Source: Octopus vulgaris (Eukaryota). From it: 64,000 nt of DNA. The notes under the pieces were generated by a model. That model was not told where the DNA came from. It worked only from the letters and a program-made list of their open reading frames with translations, and did not search any database. The DNA lies in NCBI GenBank assembly GCA_951406725.2, contig OX597818.1, forward strand, positions 108,748,001 to 108,812,000, written 5' to 3'. This document shows positions 63,756 through 64,000 of the stretch, piece after piece (position 1 is the stretch's first letter; each line of letters starts with the position of its first letter). Made by a program: the position numbers and the translations under genes.

Positions 63756-64000
63756 CAACCATTATTAGAATGCAATGGGATGTAATATAGTCTGGTCCTC
63801 TACCAATTCTACCAATCTGTTGCTAGCCATACTAATTCTGTACTTACCAACTGACCAGAGCTTTTTTACTATACATATTGTACACATTTTCAAAATGACA
63901 CATAGAATTACACATACATGAGCATATGTATATTGAATAGTTCTGCAGCAATTAGCCAATCAGATTTCAAACTTCAAATATAGTTGAATGCCTTCTTTAT

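Overview
AT-rich, repeat-dense animal genomic DNA. The SINE/LINE repertoire looks like an octopus (coleoid cephalopod); this is my inference, not a database match. The only host protein-coding sequence I can support is the last two coding exons of a Greatwall/MASTL kinase gene on the minus strand (22278-22168 and 4846-4800), joined across a ~17.3 kb phase-1 intron. I found no convincing upstream kinase exon, so most of the window is probably intron. The rest consists of at least four SINE families, decayed LINEs (RTE, R4/Dong, Tx1/L1, Hero, CR1/L2), Penelope-like elements, a maT/mariner remnant, palindromic MITEs, a non-autonomous Helitron and microsatellites. The most striking signal is about 13 minimal type-I hammerhead-ribozyme (HHR) motifs from about 8 repeat families. 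They include compensatory swaps of the core 3-8 pair (C3-G8, U3-A8, G3-C8), U4C and A6U variants, several copies inside fold-back repeats, and one copy fused to a tRNA-like SINE head. Repeat boundaries are approximate; exon and ribozyme coordinates were counted base by base. Nearly all ORFs in the supplied track are spurious.
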